Part shown: piece after piece, positions 28,258 to 37,432 of the stretch
How the letters are laid out: each line of letters opens with the position of its first letter
How positions within the stretch are numbered: position 1 is the first letter of the stretch
Sequence record: DRR723986_10321
Length of the DNA: 38,168 nt
Strand: one strand, 5' to 3'
Made by a program: the position numbers and the translations under genes
Notes under the pieces: generated by a model
Told to the model about the DNA's origin: nothing
The model's database searches: none
The model's input: only the letters and a program-made list of their open reading frames with translations

Positions 28258-29244
28258 GTGCAGAACGCGATCTGGCATACAGGATTTCTAGAACGGATTG
28301 CCACGGGTGAAACCGCGGCCGTTGAGATATTCGTACAACCAGGTTTTTCCGACTTCGAACTGTCCGCAATCATCCAGGTCCTCCAAACCGCCAATGATGT
28401 GTGCAACGTGGATCGGTTTGCCTGGCAGGTCACATCCGATCAACCCGGTCTGATTGCCAGCAGTTCCGAGCTGTTGGTGCGTGCCGAACCCACGATTGGT
28501 GATGAATACCTCAAGGACTGTTTGTTTGTGATCGGCGGCCAAGGCGTATCTGCACCCGGTTGGATCAACCGCGTTCGCGCGATGCAACGTCTGAAACGCC
28601 CCGCAGTTCTATTGTCTGACGCCGCGACCAAATACATCAAGACATCCGCCACCCTGTCAGGGCCAGTGACCACACATTGGCGCGACATCGGGATACTGCA
28701 CGAAACCGGTGACTACCCAACGCTCACCACTCATCTGGTCGAAAACAACAATGGCATTCTCACCTGTGCCGGCCAAAGCCATACACAGGAAATCGTCATT
28801 GGTCTGTTGTCCGAGATCCTTAACCCGCAAGACTGCGCCGAATTAAGCAACACACTGATTTTGGACAATGTGCGCGGATTTCAACGCGACCAACCCGCCG
28901 GTCTAAGCAAGAGCCCTAATTTCTTTGAAAAGCGCCTGCAAAATGCGATTGCCTTGATGGAAGGCAATGTTGAAACGCCGCTGCGGATTGCGTTTCTGGC
29001 CGGGGAAATTGGCGTGTCCACCCGTCAACTGGAACGCTTGTTCATGTTCTATCTGGGAAAATCCCCTGCGAAATTCTACAAACACATCCGCCTGAAACAT
29101 GCGCAGGCCCTGATCGTCGACACTCAGATGCCGCTAATTGACGTGGCGCTGGCAAGTGGGTTTTCGACGTCCTCGTCGCTGGCGAATTCATATCGGCAGG
29201 AATTCGGAACCACCCCCAACAAAGCGAGAAACCGCAAGAATTAA
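28258..29244 (+). CDS. GlxA-family AraC transcriptional regulator (amidase-like N-terminal domain)
   Basis: N-terminal PGFS...TAN, TTHW, ILTCAG. C-terminal AraC double HTH MEGNVETPL...STRQLERLF...VALASGF...YRQEFGTTP. GTG start with AGGAG. Confidence 0.87.
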   Translation: MQNAIWHTGFLERIATGETAAVEIFVQPGFSDFELSAIIQVLQTANDVCNVDRFAWQVTSDQPGLIASSSELLVRAEPTIGDEYLKDCLFVIGGQGVSAPGWINRVRAMQRLKRPAVLLSDAATKYIKTSATLSGPVTTHWRDIGILHETGDYPTLTTHLVENNNGILTCAGQSHTQEIVIGLLSEILNPQDCAELSNTLILDNVRGFQRDQPAGLSKSPNFFEKRLQNAIALMEGNVETPLRIAFLAGEIGVSTRQLERLFMFYLGKSPAKFYKHIRLKHAQALIVDTQMPLIDVALASGFSTSSSLANSYRQEFGTTPNKARNRKN

Positions 29245-29264
29245 GGCGCGCCAGATTTGCTGCC

Positions 29265-30386
29265 CTATCGATAGATACGATGGTTGCGCAGTCCCCAGTC
29301 GGTAAAGAGATCGGCTAAAATGGTCTGAAATTGCGCCTCGGCCCTTTGCGGTGAAATCAACGCGCCATCGACCTCCCCAAAGACGCTAACCTTATCCCCC
29401 ACCTGAACACGCGCGATATCCGTAACATCCGCCACAATCGCATTCATAGAGACCTTGCCCACCACGGGAGCCAAAGCGTTTCTGATAGACACCGCACACT
29501 TGCCATGGGCGATCCGGCTAAACCCATTCTCATAGCCAATCGAAATGCAGGCCAGTCGACGATCCTGATCTAGGTGACTTGCCCGGTCATACCCCACGCT
29601 TGCCCCTTTCGGATAATCCTGCAGGCTGACCACCCGCGCGCCCAGATCCATCGTGCTGCGGAACCCAAGCTCAGGCTTCAAAATTCCGTACAAAATTGCG
29701 CCACATCGGTACATATCCGTTTCAACGTCTACGTCCGAGACCAGCGTCAGCGAGCTGCCCGCATGGACACGCACATCTTTGCGCTGCAAGTCGCTATTCT
29801 CAAGAACCCAAGACACCTGCTGCTGAAACAACTCAGAGCTTTGAATGAGCTCATTTGGCTCGTTAGATGGGAAATGGGTGCAAATCCCACCAATATCTGT
29901 GCCCAATACATCCAAGATCTGACGGCATGTATCCTGCCCGGGTCCCATCGAAACCTCTAGCGCATCACGCGACATGCCCGATGCATTCAGGGACAGGTGA
30001 ACCCGATCCCGGTATCGGTTTGTATCCAGATAACCCCGGATCAGCCGCGCCGTTGCAACTGAGGCGACCTGCTCTTCGACGCGATCACCCAGCGCGCCGC
30101 CTATTTCCTCGGCCGTTGCGGTTCGCAACCGGATGAGCGTTCCGGAAAACCCCGCATCTCGCACAGCGCGCGCTTCGGCATTTGAGGTTATCCCGATACA
30201 GGTCACCCCCTGTTCCCGGACCAAGGGCACAACCTGTGCAATGCCATGCCCATAAGCATCGGCCTTTAACACCGCACAGAACTTGCGCCCCGCTGGCACC
30301 AGCCCCAGAGCAAGCTCTAGGTTTTTGGAAATGCGGTCTCGGTGGATCGTACACCAAGACGCTGGACACAGACCCGCGTTCGTCAC
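29265..30386 (-). CDS. PLP-dependent alanine-racemase-fold amino-acid racemase, broad-spectrum (Bsr) type
   Basis: CAVLKADAYGHG (PLP Lys), SNAEAR, LNASGMSR, THFP, SVGYDR (catalytic Tyr), VVGKVSMN. Confidence 0.85.
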   Translation of the reverse strand: MTNAGLCPASWCTIHRDRISKNLELALGLVPAGRKFCAVLKADAYGHGIAQVVPLVREQGVTCIGITSNAEARAVRDAGFSGTLIRLRTATAEEIGGALGDRVEEQVASVATARLIRGYLDTNRYRDRVHLSLNASGMSRDALEVSMGPGQDTCRQILDVLGTDIGGICTHFPSNEPNELIQSSELFQQQVSWVLENSDLQRKDVRVHAGSSLTLVSDVDVETDMYRCGAILYGILKPELGFRSTMDLGARVVSLQDYPKGASVGYDRASHLDQDRRLACISIGYENGFSRIAHGKCAVSIRNALAPVVGKVSMNAIVADVTDIARVQVGDKVSVFGEVDGALISPQRAEAQFQTILADLFTDWGLRNHRIYR

Positions 30387-30388
30387 TG

Positions 30389-31540
30389 TTACCCGCGCCC
30401 CAGCAAACCATACGCAATATCGCAGAACAGGTCGGTCACGATCGGCACCAGTGCGTCAGGAAAATCATAATCCGGGTTGTGCAATTGGGGCTGATCCTCG
30501 CCCGAACCGATATAGATCATAGCCCCCTTGGTCCCATCATCGCCGATGCGTCCAAAATCCTCGGACCACCGCATGGGGATGTCCATATCGTGAATCGCAA
30601 GCGTCAAATTTTGTGCGCTTTGGCGGGCAATCTCTGTCGCGGCGGGGTCATTGACCACGGATCGGAACACATCATGCCAATGGGTTTGGACCGCAAGACC
30701 CGCCGTGTTTTGCGCAACCAACTGACGCGCATCGGCCATCAACGTTTCCATACGTTCATTGGTCATCGAACGCAGTGTGACGCGCAATTCCCCATCCGCC
30801 GGGGCGATCCCAAATGTGGGTTCGCCCAGCACCGCATGGGTCAACGTGCTCAGCGCAAAATCATCCTCCCCAATCGTGCCACCGCCAAGCGCGGGCAGGG
30901 CCGTCATCAGGTGGGCCATGGCATTGGCTGGCGAAAACCCGTCTTCGGGCGCGGCGGCGTGCGAACTTTTCCCCTCAAACAGGATCTGCATCCCGCGCGA
31001 GGCACAGTTTCCCGCGCCTGCGCGCAACCCGATTTCCCCCAAGGGGCGACCCGGAACGTTATGATAGGCAAAGGCGAAATCCGGGCGGATCTCAGACCAA
31101 CGCGGATCTTCGATCACAGCCTTGGCCCCTGCCCCGGTTTCCTCAGCCGGTTGAAACAGCAGGATTACGCGGCCCTTTGCGGGGCGCATCGCAAGCCGCA
31201 TCCCGACACCTAACATAGAGACCATGTGGCCATCATGCCCACACAGATGCCCTTTGCCCTCGACTTCGGATTTATACGGAAGATCGGAAATCTCGCGGAT
31301 CGGCAGCCCGTCCAATTCACACCGCAGCAAAACAGTTGGCCCTGACGCGGCCCCCGTGAACTCGGCGGCAACCCCATGTCCGCCAAGGTCGCGCCACAAA
31401 CGATCTGCGCCCAGCTTGGTCAGTTCCGTAGCGATACGCTCTGCTGTTTCCTGCTCTTCACCCGAGATCTCAGGACGACGGTGCAAAGCCTGACGCAACG
31501 AGGTGAGGTAAGCGATTTGATCAGATGAAAGAGTGTGCAT
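30389..31540 (-). CDS. M20D-family amidohydrolase (N-acyl-amino-acid hydrolase-like)
   Basis: LHRRPEISGEE, RCELDGLP, HLCGHDGH, FQPAEE, SEDF, LHNPDYDF. ATG 31540 follows GAGGA. Confidence 0.88.
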   Translation of the reverse strand: MHTLSSDQIAYLTSLRQALHRRPEISGEEQETAERIATELTKLGADRLWRDLGGHGVAAEFTGAASGPTVLLRCELDGLPIREISDLPYKSEVEGKGHLCGHDGHMVSMLGVGMRLAMRPAKGRVILLFQPAEETGAGAKAVIEDPRWSEIRPDFAFAYHNVPGRPLGEIGLRAGAGNCASRGMQILFEGKSSHAAAPEDGFSPANAMAHLMTALPALGGGTIGEDDFALSTLTHAVLGEPTFGIAPADGELRVTLRSMTNERMETLMADARQLVAQNTAGLAVQTHWHDVFRSVVNDPAATEIARQSAQNLTLAIHDMDIPMRWSEDFGRIGDDGTKGAMIYIGSGEDQPQLHNPDYDFPDALVPIVTDLFCDIAYGLLGRG

Positions 31541-31551
31541 TCGGCTTTTCC

Positions 31552-32844
31552 TCAAATCTCTTCAACATCGCACCAATCAGCGATGAATAGGGCGGTGGCT
31601 TTGGTGATCCGGCGGATGCTTTCAAGCTCGACGCGCTCATTAAAGCCATGGATGGCTTCGGCGCGGGGGCCATACACCAACGCCGGCGTGTCTGCATAAA
31701 GTCCAAAAAACCGCGCATCTGTGGTGGCGGTGATCGCTTCGCGTACCAACTCTTGGCCCGTCGCCGTCTGATGGGCACGTCCTAACATCTCGATGGCTGA
31801 ACTCGCCCGCTCAGAACTGTCTTGTGACAGGGCGTACCCCTCGGCGTGAAACCCGTGATAGACGATTTCAGGCAAGGAATTACGCAAGAAATCATTGTCG
31901 CGCGCCGCGTCCAGGATCACCTCTTCGATTTCGGCTTTAGCAGCCTCAATCGATTGGCCCGGAAAAATTGCCATGCGCACGTCAAACACGCTCCATGCTG
32001 GAACCGAACTGGTCCAATCGCCCCCTTCGATCTTGCCGACATTCAGGTTCAAGGCGTGGTCCATGTGGGCGTAATCATCAGGCCGGTTCTCGGCCGCATT
32101 CCATCGATGTTCCATCTCATGCAACGCTTTGATCAAAGGAAATGCTGCCTCGATCGCGTTCGCACCGCTGCCCGCATAGGCCACGTGGGTGGGGCGGCCT
32201 TTCAGGTGAACCTGAAACCAGATCACCCCCAATTGCGCCGTCACCAAATGTTCGGAAAACGGCTCAGGGATCAAAACCGCGTCAGCCTTATAACCCCGCG
32301 CCAAACAGGCCAACGCCCCATTTCCGGTGCATTCTTCTTCGACCACCGATTGAAAATGCACGTCCCCCGCCGGGGCCAAGCCACACGCCCGCAAGGCATC
32401 CAGCGCAAACAGGTTCGAGGCCAGTCCCGCTTTCATGTCACCGCCACCACGCCCATACAGCCAACCGCCTTCGACCCGCGGCTCAAACGGGGGGGTGTCC
32501 CACATATCAAGCGGCCCTTCGGGGACCACATCAATGTGCCCATTCAAAATCAAAGATCGGCCTTTCTGTGTGTTCGACCTGTGTGTCCCGACGACATTCA
32601 CCGCATCATCATATGGGCCAATGACAGGCGAAAATCCCGGTAGGGTCTCAATCTCTGCCACATCAATCTGCCAACGATCAATTTCATACCCGCGCGCGGA
32701 CAATTCATCTGCCATAAAGGTCTGCGCCGACTGCTCATTCCCGCGCGTCGAGGGATGCGAGGTGAGTTCGGACAAGAATGCAATCTGGCGGTCAAACCCT
32801 GCATCAACAGCATCACACAGGCGGGTTTTCAAATCGTCATGCAT
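31552..32844 (-). CDS. ArgE/DapE-family (M20A) deacylase
   Basis: LNGHIDVVP, YGRGGGDMKAG, VVEEE, IPEP, TTDAR, IHGFNE. ATG 32844 follows GAGG. Confidence 0.88.
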   Translation of the reverse strand: MHDDLKTRLCDAVDAGFDRQIAFLSELTSHPSTRGNEQSAQTFMADELSARGYEIDRWQIDVAEIETLPGFSPVIGPYDDAVNVVGTHRSNTQKGRSLILNGHIDVVPEGPLDMWDTPPFEPRVEGGWLYGRGGGDMKAGLASNLFALDALRACGLAPAGDVHFQSVVEEECTGNGALACLARGYKADAVLIPEPFSEHLVTAQLGVIWFQVHLKGRPTHVAYAGSGANAIEAAFPLIKALHEMEHRWNAAENRPDDYAHMDHALNLNVGKIEGGDWTSSVPAWSVFDVRMAIFPGQSIEAAKAEIEEVILDAARDNDFLRNSLPEIVYHGFHAEGYALSQDSSERASSAIEMLGRAHQTATGQELVREAITATTDARFFGLYADTPALVYGPRAEAIHGFNERVELESIRRITKATALFIADWCDVEEI

Positions 32845-32854
32845 TTGGGGCCTC

Positions 32855-34255
32855 TCAGAATGTCTCGGGTGGCGCTTGGTGTACTGTATGGGACGCGCTG
32901 GGTACACGCTCTCTCTTGATGGGCAGGCCAACCTCTTGGGCAAAGGCGTCCAGCGCCGCGCGCAGAATGCCCATCAATTCGTCGATCTGCGGTTCGGTGA
33001 TGATCAAGGGCGGCGCGATCAGAAAGTGATCACCAGCCGTGCCGCCCCGTGTCCGGCGCGAATAAATGATCAGGCCACGTTCATAAGCAAGTTCGACAAG
33101 GCGCGCGTGGGCATCAAGTTCGGGTGGCAGCGGCTCCATCGTCTCTCGGTCAGCGACGAACTCAAACGCGGTCAACAATCCCTTGCCGCGCACGTCCCCA
33201 ATAAAGGGGTAACGGTCCATCAGCGCACGCAGCTGAACCATCAAAACCTCACCCATTCTGGCGGCGTTGTCGATCAATCCTTGATCTTCCATCTCTTCGA
33301 GAACGGCCAATCCTGCCGAACATGCCAAAGGATTTCCGGCATAGGTAAACCCATGCAGAAAACCACCTGCATCTAGAACAGGTTCGACCAACCGTGCCCC
33401 AGCAACAATCGCCCCGAGCGGCGCATAACCAGCGCCAAACCCCTTGGACATCGCAACGATATCCGGCGTGATGCCCCAGTGCTCAGCGGCCAGGAATTTG
33501 CCCGTACGCCCTGCCCCGGTCATGACCTCATCATAGATCAGCAACACACCAAATTCGTCGCAGATGTCGCGAATGCGGCCATAATAACTATCGGGCGCAA
33601 CCAAGGCACCGGTAGACGCCCCACCAACGGGTTCCATGATAAACGCCAGAACAGTTTCCGGCCCTTCGGCAAGAATTTTGTCCCGCAAGAGGTCGGCGTA
33701 TTTTATTCCGCGCGCCTCTTCGCTCAGATTGTCGCGATCCAGATAGGTCGCTGGCGCTGCCACTTTGGGCATCCCCTCCATCATGGGTGCAAAGGGTTCG
33801 CGCAGTGGATCATAACCGGTCAAATCCAACGCACCAAAGGTGCAGCCATGATACGATGGAAACCGCGATATCACCTTGTGACGTGCGTCTTGCCCCTGTG
33901 TCAGCGCATATTGACGGGCCAGTTTCACAGCGCTTTCAACTGCCTCTGATCCACCAGAAACAAAGAACACGCGGTCCAACCCATCGGGCGTCATGGCAAC
34001 CGTTTTCGCCGCCAGATCCTCGGACGGGTGTGTGCGAAAATGCAACCGATAGCCAAAGGTTGCTTTGTCCATCTGCGCCTTGATCTTGGCCAGCACACGC
34101 GGATTGGAATGACCGATGTTTGACACCATCGCGCCGGATGATCCATCGATATAGCGTTTCCCATCTTCATCGAAGAGATAGATCCCCTCGCCGTAATCCA
34201 GAAACGGACGCGGGTTGCGCGATTGATAGAACAGATAAGAGGAATCGTCGCTCAC
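32855..34255 (-). CDS. Class III PLP aminotransferase
   Basis: [49 protein letters not shown] (PLP Lys), HGFTY. Confidence 0.9.
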   Translation of the reverse strand: MSDDSSYLFYQSRNPRPFLDYGEGIYLFDEDGKRYIDGSSGAMVSNIGHSNPRVLAKIKAQMDKATFGYRLHFRTHPSEDLAAKTVAMTPDGLDRVFFVSGGSEAVESAVKLARQYALTQGQDARHKVISRFPSYHGCTFGALDLTGYDPLREPFAPMMEGMPKVAAPATYLDRDNLSEEARGIKYADLLRDKILAEGPETVLAFIMEPVGGASTGALVAPDSYYGRIRDICDEFGVLLIYDEVMTGAGRTGKFLAAEHWGITPDIVAMSKGFGAGYAPLGAIVAGARLVEPVLDAGGFLHGFTYAGNPLACSAGLAVLEEMEDQGLIDNAARMGEVLMVQLRALMDRYPFIGDVRGKGLLTAFEFVADRETMEPLPPELDAHARLVELAYERGLIIYSRRTRGGTAGDHFLIAPPLIITEPQIDELMGILRAALDAFAQEVGLPIKRERVPSASHTVHQAPPETF

Positions 34256-35022
34256 TTGGCACCCTCAATATGCTTACGGAGAAATTCGCGCGTCCGGTCT
34301 TTTGTCGGGGTTTTGAAAATGACTTCGGGCGGGCCTTCTTCGACGACAACCCCTTTGTCCATGAACAGCACACGGTCACAGACCGAGGCCGCAAAATCCA
34401 TTTCGTGGGTCACAATGATCATGGTCATGTGCTGTTCGGCGAGGTTTTTCATGACCTGATTCACCTCTTCCACCAATTCCGGGTCCAGCGCCGAAGTGGC
34501 CTCGTCAAACAGCATCAGTTTGGGTTTCATTGCCAGTGCCCGCGCGATCGCAACCCTCTGCTTTTGCCCGCCAGACAGTTGCGATGGGTAATAATCGATC
34601 CGCTCTAACATGCCGACGTTATCAAGCTGCTCTTCTGCCAGCTTGTTTGCCTCGTCCTTAGAGATCTTTTTCAACAACATTGGCGCCATGGTGACATTTT
34701 CGCGGGCAGTCATATGCGGGAACAGATTAAAGTGCTGAAATACCATCCCAACATGTTGGCGCATCTCATTGATGTGTTTTTCATACTGGCGATGCGGCAG
34801 CTGTTTGTTCACTTGCACCCCATCCAACCAGATTTCGCCACCTGTTAGCGGGTCCAAATCATTGATTGCGCGCAGCAAAGTGGATTTACCTGAGCCAGAC
34901 GAGCCGATGATGCCAACAATCTGCCCCCGCTCAACCGTCAGGCTGATGTCTTTCAGAACCTCCAGCGTGCCAAAGGATTTTTGGGCATGCCGGATTTCGA
35001 CGAAGTTTGTTTTTTCGGTCAT
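34252..35022 (-). CDS. Polar amino-acid ABC transporter ATP-binding protein
   Basis: [47 protein letters not shown] 35022 follows GAGG. Confidence 0.92.
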   Translation of the reverse strand: MTEKTNFVEIRHAQKSFGTLEVLKDISLTVERGQIVGIIGSSGSGKSTLLRAINDLDPLTGGEIWLDGVQVNKQLPHRQYEKHINEMRQHVGMVFQHFNLFPHMTARENVTMAPMLLKKISKDEANKLAEEQLDNVGMLERIDYYPSQLSGGQKQRVAIARALAMKPKLMLFDEATSALDPELVEEVNQVMKNLAEQHMTMIIVTHEMDFAASVCDRVLFMDKGVVVEEGPPEVIFKTPTKDRTREFLRKHIEGAK

Positions 35023-35038
35023 GACGGGCCTCGTAAAT

Positions 35039-35695
35039 TCAGCGGGAGATTGAGATGCGGCGCTCAATCTTGCGCTGCACCCATTCCATGCCCAGGTTGA
35101 TGACGTAATAGCAGGCCGCAGCCAGGATATAGAATTCGAACGGGCGGTACGTTTTGCCGATGACCCGCTGCGCCGACAGTGTCAGCTCGCTCACCCCGAT
35201 CACCGACACCAAAGCACTGTCTTTCAAAAGCGCGATCATATTGTTGCCAATCGGTGGAACCACATCCCGTACGGCCTGTGGGATAACGACTTTGCGCAAG
35301 GCCTCGCCCCGGCTCAATCCCAATGTACGGGCCGCTTCCATCTGGCCTTTGTCGACCGCCAAGATCGCGGTTTGAATTAGTTCGGAATTATAGACCGCAA
35401 AGTGCAATCCCAACCCGATGATCCCGGCCACAAAGGCGGGCAGATCGATGCCAATTTGAACCAACCCAAAGTAGATCAGGAACAACTGCAACAACAGCGG
35501 TGTGCCCATGAACAACCACGCAATCAGTCGAAACGGTTGGCGGATGATCCAAGGCGCATAAAGCGCAATCACAGCAAAGATGATACCACCAAAAAAGCTC
35601 AGGATCGCAGCCGCAACCGTGATGCCAATGGTCCAAGCACAGCCCAGCAGGATCACGTCCATGTATTTGGGAATAATCGAAAAATCGAGGCCCAT
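35039..35695 (-). CDS. Polar amino-acid ABC transporter permease (HisM/GlnP family)
   Basis: [30 protein letters not shown]. Confidence 0.92.
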   Translation of the reverse strand: MGLDFSIIPKYMDVILLGCAWTIGITVAAAILSFFGGIIFAVIALYAPWIIRQPFRLIAWLFMGTPLLLQLFLIYFGLVQIGIDLPAFVAGIIGLGLHFAVYNSELIQTAILAVDKGQMEAARTLGLSRGEALRKVVIPQAVRDVVPPIGNNMIALLKDSALVSVIGVSELTLSAQRVIGKTYRPFEFYILAAACYYVINLGMEWVQRKIERRISISR

Positions 35696-35713
35696 CCGTC
35701 TTTCCTTTTCCGA

Positions 35714-36361
35714 TCAGGTGATTTGCACTTTGCGGTCCAGCCAAGCGATGCCTCGGCCGACCACATAGATGATGATCATGTAAAGAACCCCTGCCAGCAG
35801 GAACATTTCAAAGGGTTTGTAGGTCGATCCAATGTAACGCTGCGCGGTATAGGTCAGTTCAACGACCGAGATCGCCGCGACCAGCGCAGTCGCCTTGATC
35901 AGTGCGTTGATATTCACCCCCAACGGGCGCACCATCAGCCGGGCAGATTGCGGTAGAATGATCCTGTACATGGCTTGCCATTGGCTCAGCCCAAGGGTGC
36001 GGGCCGCTTCGCGTTGACCTTTGTCGATCGCGATAATCGCACCGCGGATGGTTTCAGTCATATAAGCGCCGGCGTTTATACCAAGTCCGATCACCCCCGC
36101 CTCGAACGCGTCCAGTTGGATACCGATCTGGGGCCCCCCAAAGTAGAGGATAAACAGCTGGATCAAAGCAGGCGTGCCGCGAAACACACTGACATAGGCC
36201 GCACCGGCAAACCGCAATCCCGCAAATCTTGACAAACGTGCCGCCGCGCCAAGCGCCCCACAGGTCAAACCCAATATCGCCGTCAAAATCGACAACAGAA
36301 CTGTGATCCAAGCGGCCTCAAGAAAGAACGGATAGACCTTAAGCATCAGTTCAAAATCCAT
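35714..36361 (-). CDS. Polar amino-acid ABC transporter permease (HisM/GlnP family)
   Basis: [35 protein letters not shown] 36361 follows a G-rich RBS. Confidence 0.92.
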   Translation of the reverse strand: MDFELMLKVYPFFLEAAWITVLLSILTAILGLTCGALGAAARLSRFAGLRFAGAAYVSVFRGTPALIQLFILYFGGPQIGIQLDAFEAGVIGLGINAGAYMTETIRGAIIAIDKGQREAARTLGLSQWQAMYRIILPQSARLMVRPLGVNINALIKATALVAAISVVELTYTAQRYIGSTYKPFEMFLLAGVLYMIIIYVVGRGIAWLDRKVQIT

Positions 36362-36470
36362 GCTGCCCCCCTCGTGGCCATAACGTGCGAAACGGGCACC
36401 GCGCACCGTCTCTGAAACAAAGGTTTACCGATGTTGCGGAACATGCAAGCGTACACCAACGATCCATGCC

Positions 36471-36506
36471 CAAAAGAAAGCCCCGCCGCCAAAGCCGACG
36501 ACGGGG
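36471..36506 (-). terminator. Stem-loop with U-rich tail after the binding-protein gene
   Basis: Minus strand CCCCGTCGTC pairs with GGCGGCGGGG using G-U pairs, then CTTTCTTTT. Confidence 0.5.
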
Positions 36507-36516
36507 AAGAGAGCGC

Positions 36517-37293
36517 TTAGCGGATATCCGCGCCGATCCACTTTTCAGCCAGCGCAAGATAGGTGCCGTCTTCCATCATGGAATCCAACGCTTTTTGCAT
36601 TTCCTCAGCCAAGGCGGGGTTACCCTGACGAATTGCGATGCCCGCCCCAAACGGTTCGGTACCGGGATCATCGAACATTGCGAATTCCTGCCCCTTGGCC
36701 GTCATCGCCAGAATGGCCGCAATCGAGTCGTTGACGATGGCATCAACACGCCCGTTTTCCAATTCAAGCAGCAGTTCGGGCAGGCCTTTGTAGGTATTGA
36801 TCGAATACCCCATCTCACGGGCCCAATCCTCGTGGGTTTCGCCCAATGTTAGGCCCACTTTCTTACCCTTCAGGCCATCAAGATCGGTAATGTCTGATCC
36901 CGGCTTGGTAAAGATAGCGCGCTTATCCGAATAATAGGGCCCAACAAAATCAACGACCTCATCCCGCTCGGCTGTGATTGTCATCGACCCAACAATCGCG
37001 TCGTATTTGTTCGCCAGCAGACCGCCAATGATGCCGTCCCACGCCGTGGTCACGATTTCGGCCTCTAGCCCCATACGTTTGGCGATTTCCGTGCCAACCG
37101 CCGGGTCAAATCCGACAACCTGATTTTCATCGTTCACGAAATTAAACGGAGGGTAAGCCCCAGACATCGCAATGCGGATCACACCTTTTTCTTTGAGCGT
37201 ATCCAGCTCCTCTGCGACAGCGGCGTTCAGCCCCATTACTGCAAGGCCAGCAGCGGCGATTGCAGATTTCAGGATGGTACGGCGAACAGTCAT
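36517..37293 (-). CDS. Polar amino-acid ABC transporter substrate-binding protein (family 3)
   Basis: Signal peptide MTVRRTILK...AVA, YPPFNF, GFD, WDGIIGGL, MTITAER, KW near the C-terminus. ATG 37293 follows AGGAG. Confidence 0.9.
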   Translation of the reverse strand: MTVRRTILKSAIAAAGLAVMGLNAAVAEELDTLKEKGVIRIAMSGAYPPFNFVNDENQVVGFDPAVGTEIAKRMGLEAEIVTTAWDGIIGGLLANKYDAIVGSMTITAERDEVVDFVGPYYSDKRAIFTKPGSDITDLDGLKGKKVGLTLGETHEDWAREMGYSINTYKGLPELLLELENGRVDAIVNDSIAAILAMTAKGQEFAMFDDPGTEPFGAGIAIRQGNPALAEEMQKALDSMMEDGTYLALAEKWIGADIR

Positions 37294-37417
37294 CTTTGTC
37301 TCTCCTGTTGATAGGTGCCGGGGTAAAGGCCCGTGCAATATTGGCGGATTACCCCCGCTCAAGCTGAGACTTGCATGGTCGCTCATATCGTGCAAATAAA
37401 TATATGCCATTATCAAT

Positions 37418-37432
37418 ATAGATGAAATCTAT
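37418..37432. promoter_or_regulatory. LysR-type T-N11-A recognition box
   Basis: ATAGAT-GAA-ATCTAT palindrome overlapping the lysR ATG, at the end of an AT-rich divergent spacer. Confidence 0.7.

Noticed and set aside
30182-33376. Long plus-strand ORFs (343, 265 and 313 aa)
   Set aside because: They lie antisense to well-supported racemase, M20 and aminotransferase genes and have no domain signatures.
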